Source: Phoronis australis
Lineage: Eukaryota; Animalia; Phoronida
DNA: 64,000 nucleotides
Direction of reading: 5' to 3'
Assembly (NCBI GenBank): GCA_002633005.1
Contig: NMRA01000342.1
Coordinates: 272,056-336,055, forward strand
Shown here: one piece after another, positions 49,961 through 63,375 of the stretch
Layout: each line of letters begins with the position of its first letter
Position numbering within the stretch: the stretch's first letter is position 1
Translations under genes and position numbers: made by a program
Notes under the pieces: generated by a model
Databases searched by the model: none
What the model was told of the DNA's origin: nothing
Seen by the model: the letters and a program-made list of their open reading frames with translations, nothing else

Positions 49961-50929
49961 CGTAAACCTTACGGATAATCCTCAAAAGGTCACCTCAAAC
50001 AGTTTGATTCACAACGTGAGTGTCAAACGAAAACTTCAAACTTCCTAAATAATGCTCAATGGTTAGAGCAATAATCACACAGTCGGAGATTATTAGTCCA
50101 GGCTCCCGTCTTGACAATCCCTTTGTTCTGAATAACCTCGGCAGGGGTCTTCAGCCGTGAAATCCCGAGGCAACAATTCCTACGGTAGTTCACCGGTGAA
50201 GCCCATTGTTTACCAGGCATTCAATGTGCCCACAAGCTAGTCCTTAGTCTCTGTGTAGACCAGTGAAGGCTTCGTGGCACCATAAGCTAAGAATGCAGTT
50301 TACAATGGTCAAGGGAACTCTACAAGGTGAAACTTGCATTATACAATATACACAACTTCTTGCAATCCATTTTAGTTGACATTTAAACCCACATTAAATA
50401 CAAAATTGGTCGGTTACATTAGCGTTAGAACCTACTCGGATGAAAAGTCTAAAATCATGACACCGTTTTTTTCACGAAAAAGGAAATTATGTTAATAACC
50501 AATAGCATTTTGTTGCCAATGTTTCAAACTTTAAGTTCAGAAGAGCCACTGGTTAAATTTTCCGCGATTATTATTAGACAGTGCAACGACACGTACCCTT
50601 GGGAATTTTTTGTGCGCGGATCAAAATCATGGATAGTTTTTACGTATAATATACAAAAATGTTTTTAACAGCCTTACTTGCCAACCGTACCTCGGAACCA
50701 AGAACTTTAAACACCTTTCCATTATTTACATTGATGTCATCATCGTTCGCCATGAATATTCTAATTCAGCGCTCTCGTTACCCGGTCATTGGCAAAGAAA
50801 TCCAATGGAGATAGGATACCCAGGAAGTTAATCAAGTTAGTTAAACAACAAGCGCTTGGTCTTCAATGGAATGCATGTCAGTCAAGCAAGACGTTTCTAA
50901 CCACACACACGCGAGCGTGCTCAGGGGCC

Positions 50930-50960
<31 letters not shown>

Positions 50961-51336
50961 TCACACACACTCACAGACTCGCACACAGTAACACCACCGC
51001 ACGTTATAAATACCCATCGGGGTCGCTCTCTATTGATCGCATTCAAGATCATCTGTCCAGCACCAAATTATGAGACACCTGTACATTTCCTTTGCGGTCA
51101 GCGCTTTGATCACCGGGCTCAAAACCCGACCAAGTATATAGAGGTGCATGCAACTCCAGTCATGTCAATTCTCTTGACAAATTGGTGTTACTGAACCTAA
51201 GGTACAATGCATAATTTAGATGCACAAAAGTCAATTGTTACCTAGAAGACTATGTATCATTCTGCACGTGACAGGCTGATAAATAGAAGTTTGCTTCTTA
51301 TCAATTATACGGGCATTGGTTTTGTGAAACAAACAC

Positions 51337-51492
51337 CTGGACCCAGTTGCATAAAAGTTATACGCCGTATAGCAACAATGACGTCGCATTATCACGCATA
51401 ACGTTGTTATTGTTGAACAATGCACATGACGTCATGCAACAATCAAACTTATCCAGTGGATAACTTTTGAAGCTTTATGCAACTCAGCCCAG
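51337..51492. mobile_element. Small Harbinger-like MITE
   Basis: CTGGACCCAGTTGCATAAAAG and CTTTATGCAACTCAGCCCAG inverted termini, with CWG at the edges. Confidence 0.65.
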
Positions 51493-52113
51493 ATGTCTCG
51501 CCGCTTTTTAGGGACACACATGACAGACCAAGTTCTTAAGTTAGTCCGCGGGGTATCTAAACGGACAAATTGTCCCTATCAATAAAAATAATCGTTGTTG
51601 GCGATAAGCTATTTGTTTTTGGACATTAGTTAGAATTGCATGAAATCATGGACTGTGTCTTGCATCCACGTGAAGGCACATGTCGCAATGCAGAAACTAA
51701 ATACGCATGGTCAAGTTCTGAGCATGGAGATGGACGAACCCTAAAATGCGGTCAGTTGTAAGGATATTTAAAGATATCAATCAGCAATGGCACTCGAAAG
51801 TCGAAATAATATTTTATTTTTCATTTTTGGAAAAATAATTTATAGAAACAATTGAATAATCTGAAATTAACTAAATATTCCCGTGTTGAGAGTATTTTTA
51901 TAGATTATGTTAAAATTCGCCCACAGACAAGTTGCACGAGTTTTATCGATAAAAATCAAATAACAAATTCAATCAGTTACTTTTTATAATTGACAATTTT
52001 TAATAAACAATTGCAAAAAATGGACTGTTCTTGAAGATGCTTTAACTCAAAGGTTGAGGTTAGTGACATCGTCTCAGAAAATTTGAAAATTATGCGGGTT
52101 TCCTGTCTGATCC

Positions 52114-52172
52114 CCGGGATTCGTGTTTTAAATGTCGGGGTTCGTGTTTTAAAGGTCGGGATTCGTGTTTTT
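52114..52172. repeat. 21-bp tandem repeat (CGGGATTCGTGTTTTAAA.GT) x3
   Basis: Direct reading. Confidence 0.8.
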
Positions 52173-53399
52173 CGGACTGGTTAGCTGTTTTGAAGTTGCG
52201 GGAGTTTGTTTTTCACTCAGGGATACCTGTTTTAGACCGGGTTCCAATTTCGATGGAACACTCTCGTCTACGTAACCAAAAACTGGAGAACGTTCTATAC
52301 AGCTGAAAGTTAAACTGCTTTGGGACAGATATTTTGTCGCAGGAAACGTAACCGCGTGTGAATAATGAACGGGTCTATCACCAGGGCAGACACGTGCGAG
52401 AAAGTAAAAAAAGTGTAACCACATGTACGCGTGCGTGAGCACCTTGATTTTAGCTACTATTAAGTGAGTGAGCACACTTTTTGCAGATTCTGCTAAGCAG
52501 AGCTAAATGTCAATTTGAATGAAATTGCGAATTACGTCATATGTTGTGGTGAAATTCCATTTCTGCAATTACTTTTCGTGATGTGCACTTGAAGTAGCAA
52601 GCGACGTCGTCTGCTTTCCATTTAGACTACCAATGTCGTCTGCAACGTAATATAAATAAGCTGTTAACCAAGTTATCCAATTGTCCGCCTGGAGGTGTTG
52701 ATTTGTTGGCAATTGTTGTTGTTGACACGCTACGTCTTAGTCTCTACAATAACCATAACATTACCGCTGATGTGTGTCTGAAGACACTCTACATTATCTT
52801 GAGTAAACACATATCCTTTTGGTGGAAGCGTCAATTAAGTTTTCATTTTCCCGTCGAACTGAACTTAGTACTTTTATTGTTTTGTGGATATTGAATTAAT
52901 ACTAAACATGTCTAAGAACCAAAATATTCAACAACAAACAAGCGATGATTATTCAGAAGTAGTGCTCAAACAATATCCTTGTAGGTTGTATGCAAAGTGA
53001 TCAGTTCAACCACCCACCACAGGCGGCTGAGGTCTGGAACGGAACTCAACTGCCTGCGGGTGGATTTCAGTTGTGAAGTCTTAACTTTCGGTGAAGTTTT
53101 TAGTGAGATAAAATAGGAAATTTGGAAGTTGCCCTGTTTAGCTTGTTTCCAACGTTGTACGTTCAACTCTGGATAAGAACCAATTGTGCACCGTGCGCAA
53201 CAGTGTACCTTATACACAAAAACACACGCACGTTTTAGAAAAATAGTTAATATATTTGGGATAAGATTTGAAATTTTCATTTTAATTTCAAACTTAGTGT
53301 GTGCCTGCCGTTAGCAAAACTCGAACCCGGTCTTGACGTAAAATATCCCGAAATAAACTATGTTTGGACCGAGTGAGCAGTAGAAATAAAATGGTTATT

Positions 53400-53800
53400 T
53401 GTCAAACAATTGTTTTCTAATCAGCGTCCTAGGTAATCATCAGACTGCAACGTTATTGTGAGCATAAGCAACACAGTTAATTTCGTCTCGTTTCATCGTG
53501 GTGTGACCGGAGATTTCGTCAGGTAGGTACTGTTTCGACCCCTTGAATTGCTGACCCTCGTGAAAGGGTATCGAAGGCTACCATACCACTTTGTCTTATA
53601 CCGCGAGATGAGGAAATCTGCAAATGGAATTAGCCCAGGGGTGGATTAGATCTCCCATAGAAGGTTCTGGTGGGTATTTTATCCTTCAGATATCTTTCAG
53701 GTTGGGTTGCTTTCTTAGGTATTTGGACTATGTTATGTGGTTTGATCATAGGTGTGTATGTATGCTGCCCAGGGTATGCGGGATAGGTCCAAGTATCGCG
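53400..53800 (-). mobile_element. Possible Penelope-like element remnant
   Basis: Minus-strand TYTPMIKPHNI and frameshifted RKQPNLKDI resemble the RT-to-GIY-YIG linker of Penelope-like elements. A degenerate CTGATGA...GAAA motif lies downstream at ~53445-53410. Confidence 0.35.
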
Positions 53801-54429
53801 TAATGTCGGATGGGCGAACAGCAATTGTGGCGCTCGGGGGTCCTTAGGACTGTCTCGAGTACTCGGTTTCATGTTCACCAGATATTTTTGTCGATTTGAA
53901 ATTTGGATTTACAGCGGCACTCTCTAACCGTTGCGAGGGAGAAAAATGCTAGAGGAAAATAGTAAAAAAATATTATTTTACGATTTCGTGTTCAGGAAAT
54001 GCAATGAAAAAATGCGAAAATACAAGAAGATTACATGACACAAAAGTTCAAATGAAAATGTAACTTGTATTGCAAAACCCACTACGTAATGGTACGTAAA
54101 GTCTACGTATATCTTTCGATGTCTACGAAACTCAGAGCATACCGGCGAAGTTATAGACAATTGAACAAGGTTGCGCAACTTTTGCTCGTATTTATTGCTA
54201 AACCGTCAAGAAGGCGACAGCTCATCTAATTATTTGTAGCTAGCATGATAATAAATAAATGTACTGAGAAATCTCTGTCAAATTAATATTTTGTCTTCCC
54301 TACTTCGTTGCTGACACCTGTCTGAGTAGGCCTACTGAGGTACTCTATCACAGGACCAGGACGCTTGAGAATTTGTGTTTCAGAATTGCATCGCCATAAA
54401 GACGAGGTGTACTCACACGATGGCAACGC

Positions 54430-55040
54430 AATGAGGACATTGATGGCTTGCATGATACCGAAGGCGACACCAATGACATGAGAGACGAAGTCAGCGACCA
54501 CCATGGCTGATAAAATCATGATAAACGTGACAATTATTACATAACAGTCACTAGCACCACGGCAACAGTGACAGCAATGATACTGACGGACGAAAATGGC
54601 GACGTCGACTATTATGATATTGATTATTACATGATCGATGAAGATGACAGGAGTTTATTATTACACAAAATAAGAACACGGAACAAAGCACCTTAACTTT
54701 CACCCTTACGCTAACCTTTCCTAACCCAAACGCTTTCTCTTACCCTAACCCCTCACCCTAACCCTAACTTCAACCCTTGCCCTTACCCTAACCCAAAACT
54801 CCCTGGGTGTGACGTCATTTCCGCCTGTGTCTGATACTGCTTGGTGTGGTGATGCTGAACCTCGCTTGACAATGACAACGATGAGAAGATGATAATAACC
54901 ATAATCATAATGATGACGATGAAGACGACAGCGAAAACGTTGACCATAATAAAAATGGCAACGATGACGACGAGTCCACGATGATGCTGACGTTGGTGTC
55001 ATGACCATGCACGGATGGCAATAAGGTGATGACGACAAAG
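54430..55040. repeat. Degenerate (GAT/GAC)n low-complexity region with an embedded degenerate (CCCTAA)n tract at 54690-54797
   Basis: Direct reading, e.g. accctaaccctaac and ccttaccctaaccc. Confidence 0.75.
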
Positions 55041-55157
55041 GCGGAAGCGACTACTTGCTGCAGTAACGCTGCACTTTTATCGTTTACTTCACCCTACTCA
55101 TCACGTGACATTCATCCCAAAATAAAATTTGTGTGCAAACTGTCAGTGTGCAAACCA

Positions 55158-55558
55158 CCGGGGGGTGGGGGGGGGGAGGGGTACTCCAGAGCATCATGTT
55201 GAAGGTGCATGACAGTGCAGTGGAAAATGCATATGTCTATCATTTTGGAGTCCGCAGCACCATTAGAATGTACTTATTTGTGGGATGAACTTCAGTAGAG
55301 GCTGTTTCTGTAACCTCATCCTTAGTTCAAAAGGTGTATTTATGAATCATAATTAATAAGTCAATCCTTTGAATTGTTGTCTTCAAAGCGAATGTGAAAT
55401 CCTTTTCTTTTTTCCAAAATATACATATTTAGCGAGTTTCTAATCCCTCAGGATATTAAATCGGATCAAGTATCGCTTCACATAAAATCTGGTCATGGAA
55501 AAACACCCATCTGAAGGACATATTCCGTATACGGCAACCACAAAAGTACCCCAGCCGG
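55158..55558. mobile_element. Non-autonomous DNA element with CCGGG...GTACT termini (EnSpm/CACTA-like)
   Basis: CCGGGGGG...GGGGTACTCC start and AAGTACCCCAGCCGG end. Confidence 0.6.
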
Positions 55559-56599
55559 AGCAAATGACGTCCACAAATGTAAAATAGACGAATTCTGTAT
55601 AACAGAAATCTTAGTTCGCCCAACAGTCATGGTGAAAACGATTCACAATTTTTCAAATCAAAATTAAAGAACGGTTCCGCTCAACCAGTCAATTCGCTGA
55701 GAACAAGTGACAACCGTACCCATGAAACTATTCTGACCCAGTCATGCAAGTGTTGAATATAACAACCACCCATTTACCATAGCTACGGACTATTTAACCT
55801 GCGCTGAACCCGCCTTCAGCCCCTTATCTTACCGTTGTAAAGCGTGGCTGCCTAAGCTTGTTCGTTTTAAAGGGTGCACCTTGACGTGTTACAATAAGAG
55901 GAAGACCGGTGGTTCAGTTTGAACAGCTGTAAAACTGTAGCGGGTCAGCGACATTGCACAACATGATACTCCACGCACCCCATTAAGGCCGTACTCCAAT
56001 CAGCATAGAACGAAACATGCAAATCCTATTAGCAAAGCTTATTTTTTTCACTTGGTGAATCTTCAGCTGCAAGTGTGTACACACAACCGGTCAACTTTGG
56101 ATGGATGACCTGTGACAAAAGGGTGAGCGGAGTATATGCTCCAAGACCAGGGTTATTAGGTGCCAAAAGCCTGTTTTACGGGTTTGCGATTGCATGTTTT
56201 CTCTGACCATACAACTCTCCAGTTCTAGGTTCTGACCGAGTAATTAGTGAATCAGTGCCTAAATGTTCAATAGTCTAGTTGAGATCAACCCGGACAACAC
56301 AAGGGAACATGCGGGTTCGGCTGAACTTTTGAGTCCAAGATCCCCTACACCAATAAAAAAAATTGTAATTGATCTTTACCCTGTTTGCGCATAAATTGAT
56401 TGGTTTTGATAGTAACTACAAAAAAAAAAACAAGATAGGCAGGGAATACTGAAACGGAAGCAAAACAATATGGGAATTCCTGGACGTGAAGAAATATCCT
56501 TTAAATTAAAAATGACTTTGCGCTTGAAAAAAATAATAGTTCGCTGTTCCTTGTAACTATTTGTCTACATATGTTTCGTTGTAATTAGGCCTGCGGAAC

Positions 56600-56985
56600 A
56601 CATTACATAAGAATGAGCACGTTATTATACATATGTGCACATGTTTACAAATATACACTAGTTAATGGATTAGAACTGACTGTCTAGGAAATCATTTCGT
56701 GTCTTTTCATCTCTTAGGATACATTTGGCCTGTTTCCTTAACACGCTTACATTATGAGTCGTGAACAAGCGTTTGAAAAAAGTGCAGTCTGTTGCGTGCA
56801 ATGGAGGTAAATTTGTTGCCTGAGGGATACAGCGGACTTTCTAGTATAAATTGAAAGTCTGTTTCTATATTATCTAATGTATAACATTTGCATTTTCTGT
56901 TCTCCTTATTAATATTCATACGTCCACCTGTTGCAACCATGACAAAACTTGCAAAAGATCAGAGTCGAGTCATAGCTGATCAATA
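56600..56985 (-). mobile_element. LINE (CR1/L2/Daphne group) ORF2 C-terminal remnant
   Basis: SAMTRL*...VATGGRMNINKENRKCKCYTLDNIETDFQFILESPLY matches the ETGR...R.C..C...ED..HF...C..Y C-terminal zinc-finger pattern of LINE ORF2. Confidence 0.65.
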
Positions 56986-57328
56986 GAAAAAAACAGTTAT
57001 TTACTTTTCTACACAGAAATCAGATTGACTAATTGATGCACATCAAGGTATTGACTGTTGATGTTTTCTCTCCATTTCTTAAAATCAATATCAATACAAA
57101 TACATCATAATTTGAATTCTTCAATGAAACATAATGCCCTGCCTTATTCTTGAGAAGACCACGCCCCGTTGTTTTACGTCATGGTTACGTAGGGCCGGAT
57201 CCGGATAATATTTTGGTACCTTGGTCGGATGTGAACTGATCCGGGGCAGGGGCCCGGCAGGAGAAAAACAACGCGAACTACCCAATGGGAATTGCAATGG
57301 GGTTCACTCAAAAGTACAAAAATGGGCC

Positions 57329-57872
57329 CTAAAAACCCGGGACTGAAAACAGCTGGAAAAGAGACTGGGTAAGTTTATAATAAGTGTCATAAGTCCGTAT
57401 CACTTTTCGATTCCTTGTAGTAGCTACAGTGAAATACGATCCTATTTGGTCATAGCCATTAGCGCCATGGCCTTCCAAACATAAACAGCTCTTTCTGCGG
57501 AGTAAATTGGACATTTGTAAACACGATGGCATGATAATTGCCAAAAAAAAAAACTTAATTGAGCAATTTGTACATTTACCAGACGTATGAGAATCCGGGT
57601 ACTTTGATGACGATGGACGGCTGACCGATAATCTATCATTTGAAAACCGACGCTCCAAACTCAATCAGAAGATGTTTCTTTTTAATTTCAGTATGACAAA
57701 ATTCCTCAGTTCCATAAGGTTCAAATTCATCTCGTTCGGCCCTGATTTTTTCGACAGAACCTTCGAACCAGGTCCCCTTGACCCTTACTAGGAAACTGGG
57801 AACAAAATTTATTAAACATTCATTACTTTCGTCCAAAAAACTAGTTACATATGCCTTTGCATGGTTACTCAT
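57329..57872 (-). pseudogene. Frameshifted coding remnant, possibly the P2X7-C-terminal-like (nanor/Kolobok-associated) family
   Basis: EFEPYGTEE...GKCTNCSI...RNRKVI...PGF* in the order typical of that family. Recognised by eye only. Confidence 0.3.
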
Positions 57873-58545
57873 TGAGAACGACGAAGAGTTTTATTAAGTT
57901 TTATGCTACTTCATCGCTGGTTCAGCCACATGACTGCTAACCCGGGGTCCTGACCCACTGTACATTTGGCCAGATTGTCTTATGACATAGTGCATGCAAC
58001 TCTCGCAGAGTCAATCAATACACAGGTGGTTTATTGTGAACAATGGGTGGACAGGAATCTTGACTTGATTTAAATCTGGTGCTTAAAGTAGCCGCGATGC
58101 ACTATTTTCCTCGGCCCATGTTTCACTGCACAACACAAGCCTCAAAAGATGAGATAAATAAACCGTATCTGACGTGGATTGCCAGGTAATTTGTGCTGCT
58201 CTTGTCTCGTTTACCCAACAAGTACTTACTCACGACCAGGCTTTGACTGTGAGCATGAAACGGCTACCGCTCTGTTTGCCAACCAAGCAGTTACTTTCTA
58301 ATCATCACCCACTTATAGGTTTTATCACGCGCCTATTTATCTTCGCGTGTTGTACTATTTACTCGCAGTTTTAACCTCTTCAGATAACATTTTTCTCCCC
58401 TCCTACCGCTGCCCAAAAGATGGTTTCGGCAGTCTGAGGCACACTCTAATTCATCTAACCCGCAAATCTTTTAAACTATAACAGGTCACGTAAACACTAC
58501 AAAACACACACACAAAAACAAAAGAGCAAAACAGTAATAGCTTAC

Positions 58546-58626
58546 CTCAATTACTGCGTCGGCCAGTTGATCGTGTAAAATCAAAATTCCAGAAACCACC
58601 AAGATAAATATCCTCACTGAACCCAT
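58546..58626 (-). CDS. THSD4: THSD4/ADAMTSL6-like exon 1: signal peptide MGSVRIFILVVSGILILHDQLADA-VIE
   Basis: ACAATGG Kozak context, basic n-region, hydrophobic core, A-X-A cleavage site, donor GAG|GTAAGC in phase 0 matching the phase-0 acceptor at 35688. Linkage across 22.9 kb is inferred. Confidence 0.78.
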
Positions 58627-58885
58627 TGTAAAAATTGAATCCCTACATTCGTAAGTTAAAGTCACTTATTAATGGGCCGTGACTTTAATGCGAGGTCAGC
58701 AGCAGAGGTTAATATTGTACTGTCGCTACTGAACACAATTTTCAACCCACAGGTAATTTATCGAAACACCTTCGCGGGGTGTTCAACCAACGCTGGCTGA
58801 GCACTAAACCGCCTTCCTTCCAATCACGAGGTAGCGTTTCTGGGGGTCAGAGGTGATGTCAAGGGTTAAATACGCCGGGCAAATG

Positions 58886-58891
58886 TTTATA
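58886..58891 (-). promoter_or_regulatory. Candidate TATA box (TATAAA) of the THSD4-like gene
   Basis: Minus-strand TATAAA ~260 bp upstream of the ATG in a CpG-enriched patch. A TCA initiator-like triplet lies ~30 bp downstream. Confidence 0.4.
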
Positions 58892-59377
58892 AAAGTCGCG
58901 TGTGCACCGCGGCGTCGGCCTCAGTAAGCTACCAAATGCATGCAGACTGTCCGGGAATATCAACCCTTATTCATACTTGTCCGTTGGTTCAGCTCTCTTG
59001 GCTCAGCACAATGCAAATAGTACAACCAGTGTTGTCATTTATCAAATGGTCGGCTGTGGCGCAATCTGAATACAACGTATTTAACTGTTTTATACGCAAA
59101 TGCCTCAGGGCAGGATTATCACAGAAAAGGGACTAAAAATCACTACAAGTACAGCTGCGAGTGTTGGAAAGCTTAACATTCTTAAGCTCAAGTATAGTAA
59201 GGTTAAATCAGCCAATTTCAGTTAGTGGCCATCGCTTTGGAAAGGCACCTACTGGGACAAATATCTCGGTCGCCGTATGCAGATTCTTTGTATCTTGTCT
59301 AATTCTGTTAAGTGTCACTCTTACTTTTAATTGGGTGACACTGTAAACTTTCAAACATAATCATAATACTAATGTTA

Positions 59378-59912
59378 GTGACGATGAAGATGATGGCGAT
59401 GATGACGATGATGATGGTGATGACGATGGTGATGACGATGGTGATGGCGATGATGATGGTCGGGTTATGATCATAAAAAATAATTGCAGGGGGTCTGGTA
59501 CACGTTGTATTACCCGTGCACAGGCCGCTCCAATGGGCCCATTGCAATGATCACTTGGAACCATTTTATGTTTTATTAATACATAGTTAAAAGCGAGCTG
59601 AGGAGCTAGATATTGACTCAAGGGTCTAGCGTTGTATCCGTGTGGGACTCGATGATGACGGTGATGATGGATGATGACGGTGACGATGATCATGGTGATG
59701 ATGATGGTGGTGGAGGTGACGATGATGGTGATGATGATGATGACGATGATGATGGACGATGATGGTGACAATGATCATGGTGATGATGATGGTGGTGAAG
59801 GTGACTGTGATTGTGTTGATGATCACGATGACGATGATGACGGATGATGATAGTGACGATGATAATGGTGGTGACGACGATGACGATGATGATGGCGATG
59901 ATGATGGCGATT
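59378..59912. repeat. (GAT/GAC/GGT)n trinucleotide repeat region
   Basis: Direct reading. Generates the poly-His/Ser/Ile/Asp ORFs. Confidence 0.95.
59476..59652 (-). mobile_element. 5'-truncated copy of the SINE at 28120-28354, embedded in the GAT repeat
   Basis: aaaaataattgcagg...gggcccattgca.tgatcac.tggaa...gagctgaggagctaga...gtgggactcga is shared with the 28-kb copy. Confidence 0.85.
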
Positions 59913-60254
59913 ACAACAACATTTCTAAAAAATCTGAGCCCTGTTCAAAAGTAATACGCTACGGGCGAAAGCATTCGGTGTTTTCAAATTTGCAAAACTT
60001 TCAGAAACTTTTCAAAATTTTTACTCGAGCGAGAATAACCAATAATTTGAAATTCTAGGTGAGTCTGAAATCGAATTTTCTAATAATTCCTCCGTGCTCA
60101 CGTTCAAGCGATAAAAGTTCTAAATTCCAAAACAAATCCACAAAAAGACTCTCGTGGACGAGCCTATTACTTGAAATTATAAAATTCAAAGTGGTCGTTT
60201 TTACCAGTTAATGTACAATGGGCAAACATGCTATGCCTCGTTATACCGTGCTTG

Positions 60255-60490
60255 AGTTTAATGTACAGTTTATTGCCTACAGCCTCAGACTACAATGGAA
60301 TAAAAACATTTGGTATTGTCAGACGACGTATATTTGTAAAAACCAATAACCTAGATACTTTTAAGTCTGGGCTAATAGATATACATTGGTACGAATCTTT
60401 TGATCTACTCCTATTGGTTTTTCGGTACATGACATAGGTTCTATATTGTTGACTGATCACTAGTATAAACACGTTCAATAAGTATCGGAC
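60255..60490 (+). mobile_element. 5'-truncated LINE 3' end (CR1/L2 group)
   Basis: KTNNLDTFKSGLIDI resembles the 's.l..FK..l' ORF2 terminus, followed by a short UTR-like tail. Confidence 0.4.
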
Positions 60491-63375
60491 TTGTTTCTAT
60501 TCAGGATGCCAAATGAGCAAGTGCGATCTAAACATGATTAGGAGTAACGAGTTGGAGTTATTATGTAAAATTCAGTCTCACGTTCAATCGCGTTATTATG
60601 TAGACTGTTATCATTTCGCTTGTAAAGATCAGTGCATATGCATACCTAGCAATTTGTCTACAACTCAACTGTAACTTTCCACAACTGCTCGTCGCTGCTG
60701 CGACGAGTAGTTGGTGTAGCCCTGCAGTCCACAGGTAGACACGTCACCTGTAAATAAGTACAAATTATGTACGTAGCCGCACTAGGCGACTTGTTTGCAA
60801 CGCAATCGCAACTTTCCGTCGTGTGACGAGTACGCAACTGCGTAGGATGACCACACTTTGAAAAGCCTAACCAGACTGCACGAGAGTGTGCTACGCGATT
60901 TTATTCGCGTTTAATTGGATCAACTAAATCTCAGTTGCAGTGTCCACAATGCACGCGAGCGACGTCGCCTCGCGTTATCGCGTTGCTTGGACAAATCATA
61001 ACGCACATATTTCGAATTTTGACCAGGCAGGGAATTGTGATTATTTTAAACATTTGCTCATTCATCTGGCAAGACACGAGAAGTTATTGTATAACAAGTA
61101 GTTTGTCGACTACAAAGAAATAGTTTGGAAGCAGATTGGTTATGACGGAAACATGACAGGGGAGAATAGTTGGATGTGAACTTCATATTTGCGTACGTAA
61201 TCGTTCACATGACGTTGTAACATTTATCATGCACAATCTTGCTTTGGATGGCGTACTTTGTTAATAATTTCGATAGGATGCACCTACCAACGTCGAAATC
61301 CAATAAGTCATCGTTCGCGCATCAAATATGGTAACACTGGGCATTTCTTCTTCATCGGTCACTGTTTCGCATCCAGTGTGGCCGCTCATTCGCACCAGAT
61401 TCCTACGCTAACATCGCTCGTGTTATTCGCTCACGTGCAGTCTGGGCATTCCTTTGGCGACAAGTCGTCGTTCGCCACGTTTGCGTTACAAACAAATCGC
61501 CTAGAGCTCAGTGAATAACGCCATTGTTGCTTTTGACTATATGTTTGACAAGGATACCCATCCTTTAATATACTACACAAAGGGCCGGACTCTTGTGCTA
61601 ATTAAAATTACTTTCGTTCGCACACTTCGACAGAGAAATTGCAGAGAAAATCCACGCTTTTAACTGAGTTGCACCTGTGGACTTTGCCAGGCACGACCTT
61701 GGTCAGCGGGTCCTAGAATCCACGGCTCTGGGTCTAGTCACAGTGAAGAACTCGAGTCGAACTCAAACTCGAACTGGAAATTATTTTTGACATTTTGTCT
61801 TATACCTTAGAATGAATACCAGATTACGTGCTCGAGTATATTGTGGATTAGGTGGATGAATATCGTAGTTCGCACTTGATGACCATGAGCTATGCGTTTG
61901 AGTCGATCTCAATCAGGAGTTTGAACTCGAGGTTTGTAGCTCTAATCTAGGGGTCATCAAGTACGAATTTGGACTAGAAACGCATTTGGAGAGACCAAGA
62001 TAAAGGCCTACTACTCGAGCACATTATAATACTTATCAAAAAATGCATTTCGCCTTGTTTAGCTGGCTAAAAACGAAAATTGAACTAGGCCCTGCGACTT
62101 GAGTTCCGGTTCATTCGGCAGCAATTCGAGACCATGTGAGCAATGGAAATGCTTTTAAATCCCAAAGCGCTTCGCTTAAGAATTCAACAGTGAACGAAAT
62201 GCAGCGTCAAGTTCGATAAATGAGAACAAGTCTGTACCCAGTGCAAGGTTTTGAAGTAAGAGCATTTTCTCAAGAATATACCACCTGCACAAACTATGTC
62301 CAAGACACGTTTTTGTTGTTTTTTTCTTAATGTTTATTACGAAATCTTCAGAATACAATGAATATACATAGCCCAGAAAGCGCCAAGAGGCATTATATCT
62401 GGGTTAAAAAATACAAAAGAAGTCTATATACAATTATTATACACAAATACATAAATTAAAAAAAATTGTTGTTAAGATTACAATGACATATGATTACGAA
62501 AGTAAATAAACCATTTTCATACACAATTATACAATTCTATCCACTCACACAAAGAGATTTAATATTATAAAGAAATTTTGATACGCTTTTGTTGAACATT
62601 CCAGTCACAGTCTCATCATTAAAGTAGCCGGGCAGGCATTTGAATTTGGATAGGGCAAATATAGTGTGTCCCTCCTGCCCCAATGTTGTTGAAGTGTCCC
62701 TTCTGCCCCAATGTTTTTGAAGACGAGTACCATTTCCTTTTAAGCTGTGATAATATTCTCAATTGAGAGAAAATTGTATTGAAGTGTACTACTGGAAATT
62801 CCCGTCTTTTTTCAAGTTCAATATCTCAATGTTAACAAATGATGATGCAGTAAATTAGTTAACTCATGTAAATTTGTATTTTATACTTTTCATGATACTG
62901 TAGCTTGCTGCACTCCTAACTATGTTACATGTTACAGTGGGCTTATGACTTTTATTACAGAAATAAATTGATTGATTGATTAAAATGGTCCATCTCAAGC
63001 GCTCATGAGCTGAACAGGATTAACGATGACAAACTGTTATCTAAATATAGAATACAAACCATTCTGTTGAATTTACAGCCAAAGACCGACCTATTTGGAA
63101 GGCTTTTAACTTCCGAACTATATCACTAAAATTTCAATTGGAGAAAAGCTTTCGCAAACTTCAATACCCGTTCGTCACCTAAAATATGTACTGACCGAAA
63201 TAGTAGAATTGAATAAATAAACAAGACAAACCATGTCACCCAAACAGAATGTGTTTATCTCTCTCATCGTAATTTTACCAAGTACCAATAAATGATTACG
63301 TTACGATGTTTTGTCGACAAACAGTTTTGTCCCCGGGTTACAGAATACCCAGTTCTGCAGTTACGGGTACACCGG

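Noticed and set aside
54283-54519. GPCR TM2-like ORF (ILSAMVVADFV)
   Set aside because: Hydrophobicity derives from the reverse strand of a degenerate GAT/GAC repeat. No other GPCR motifs or splice support.
59308-60058. Poly-His/Ile/Asp ORFs
   Set aside because: Translations of the (GAT)n repeat and an embedded SINE.
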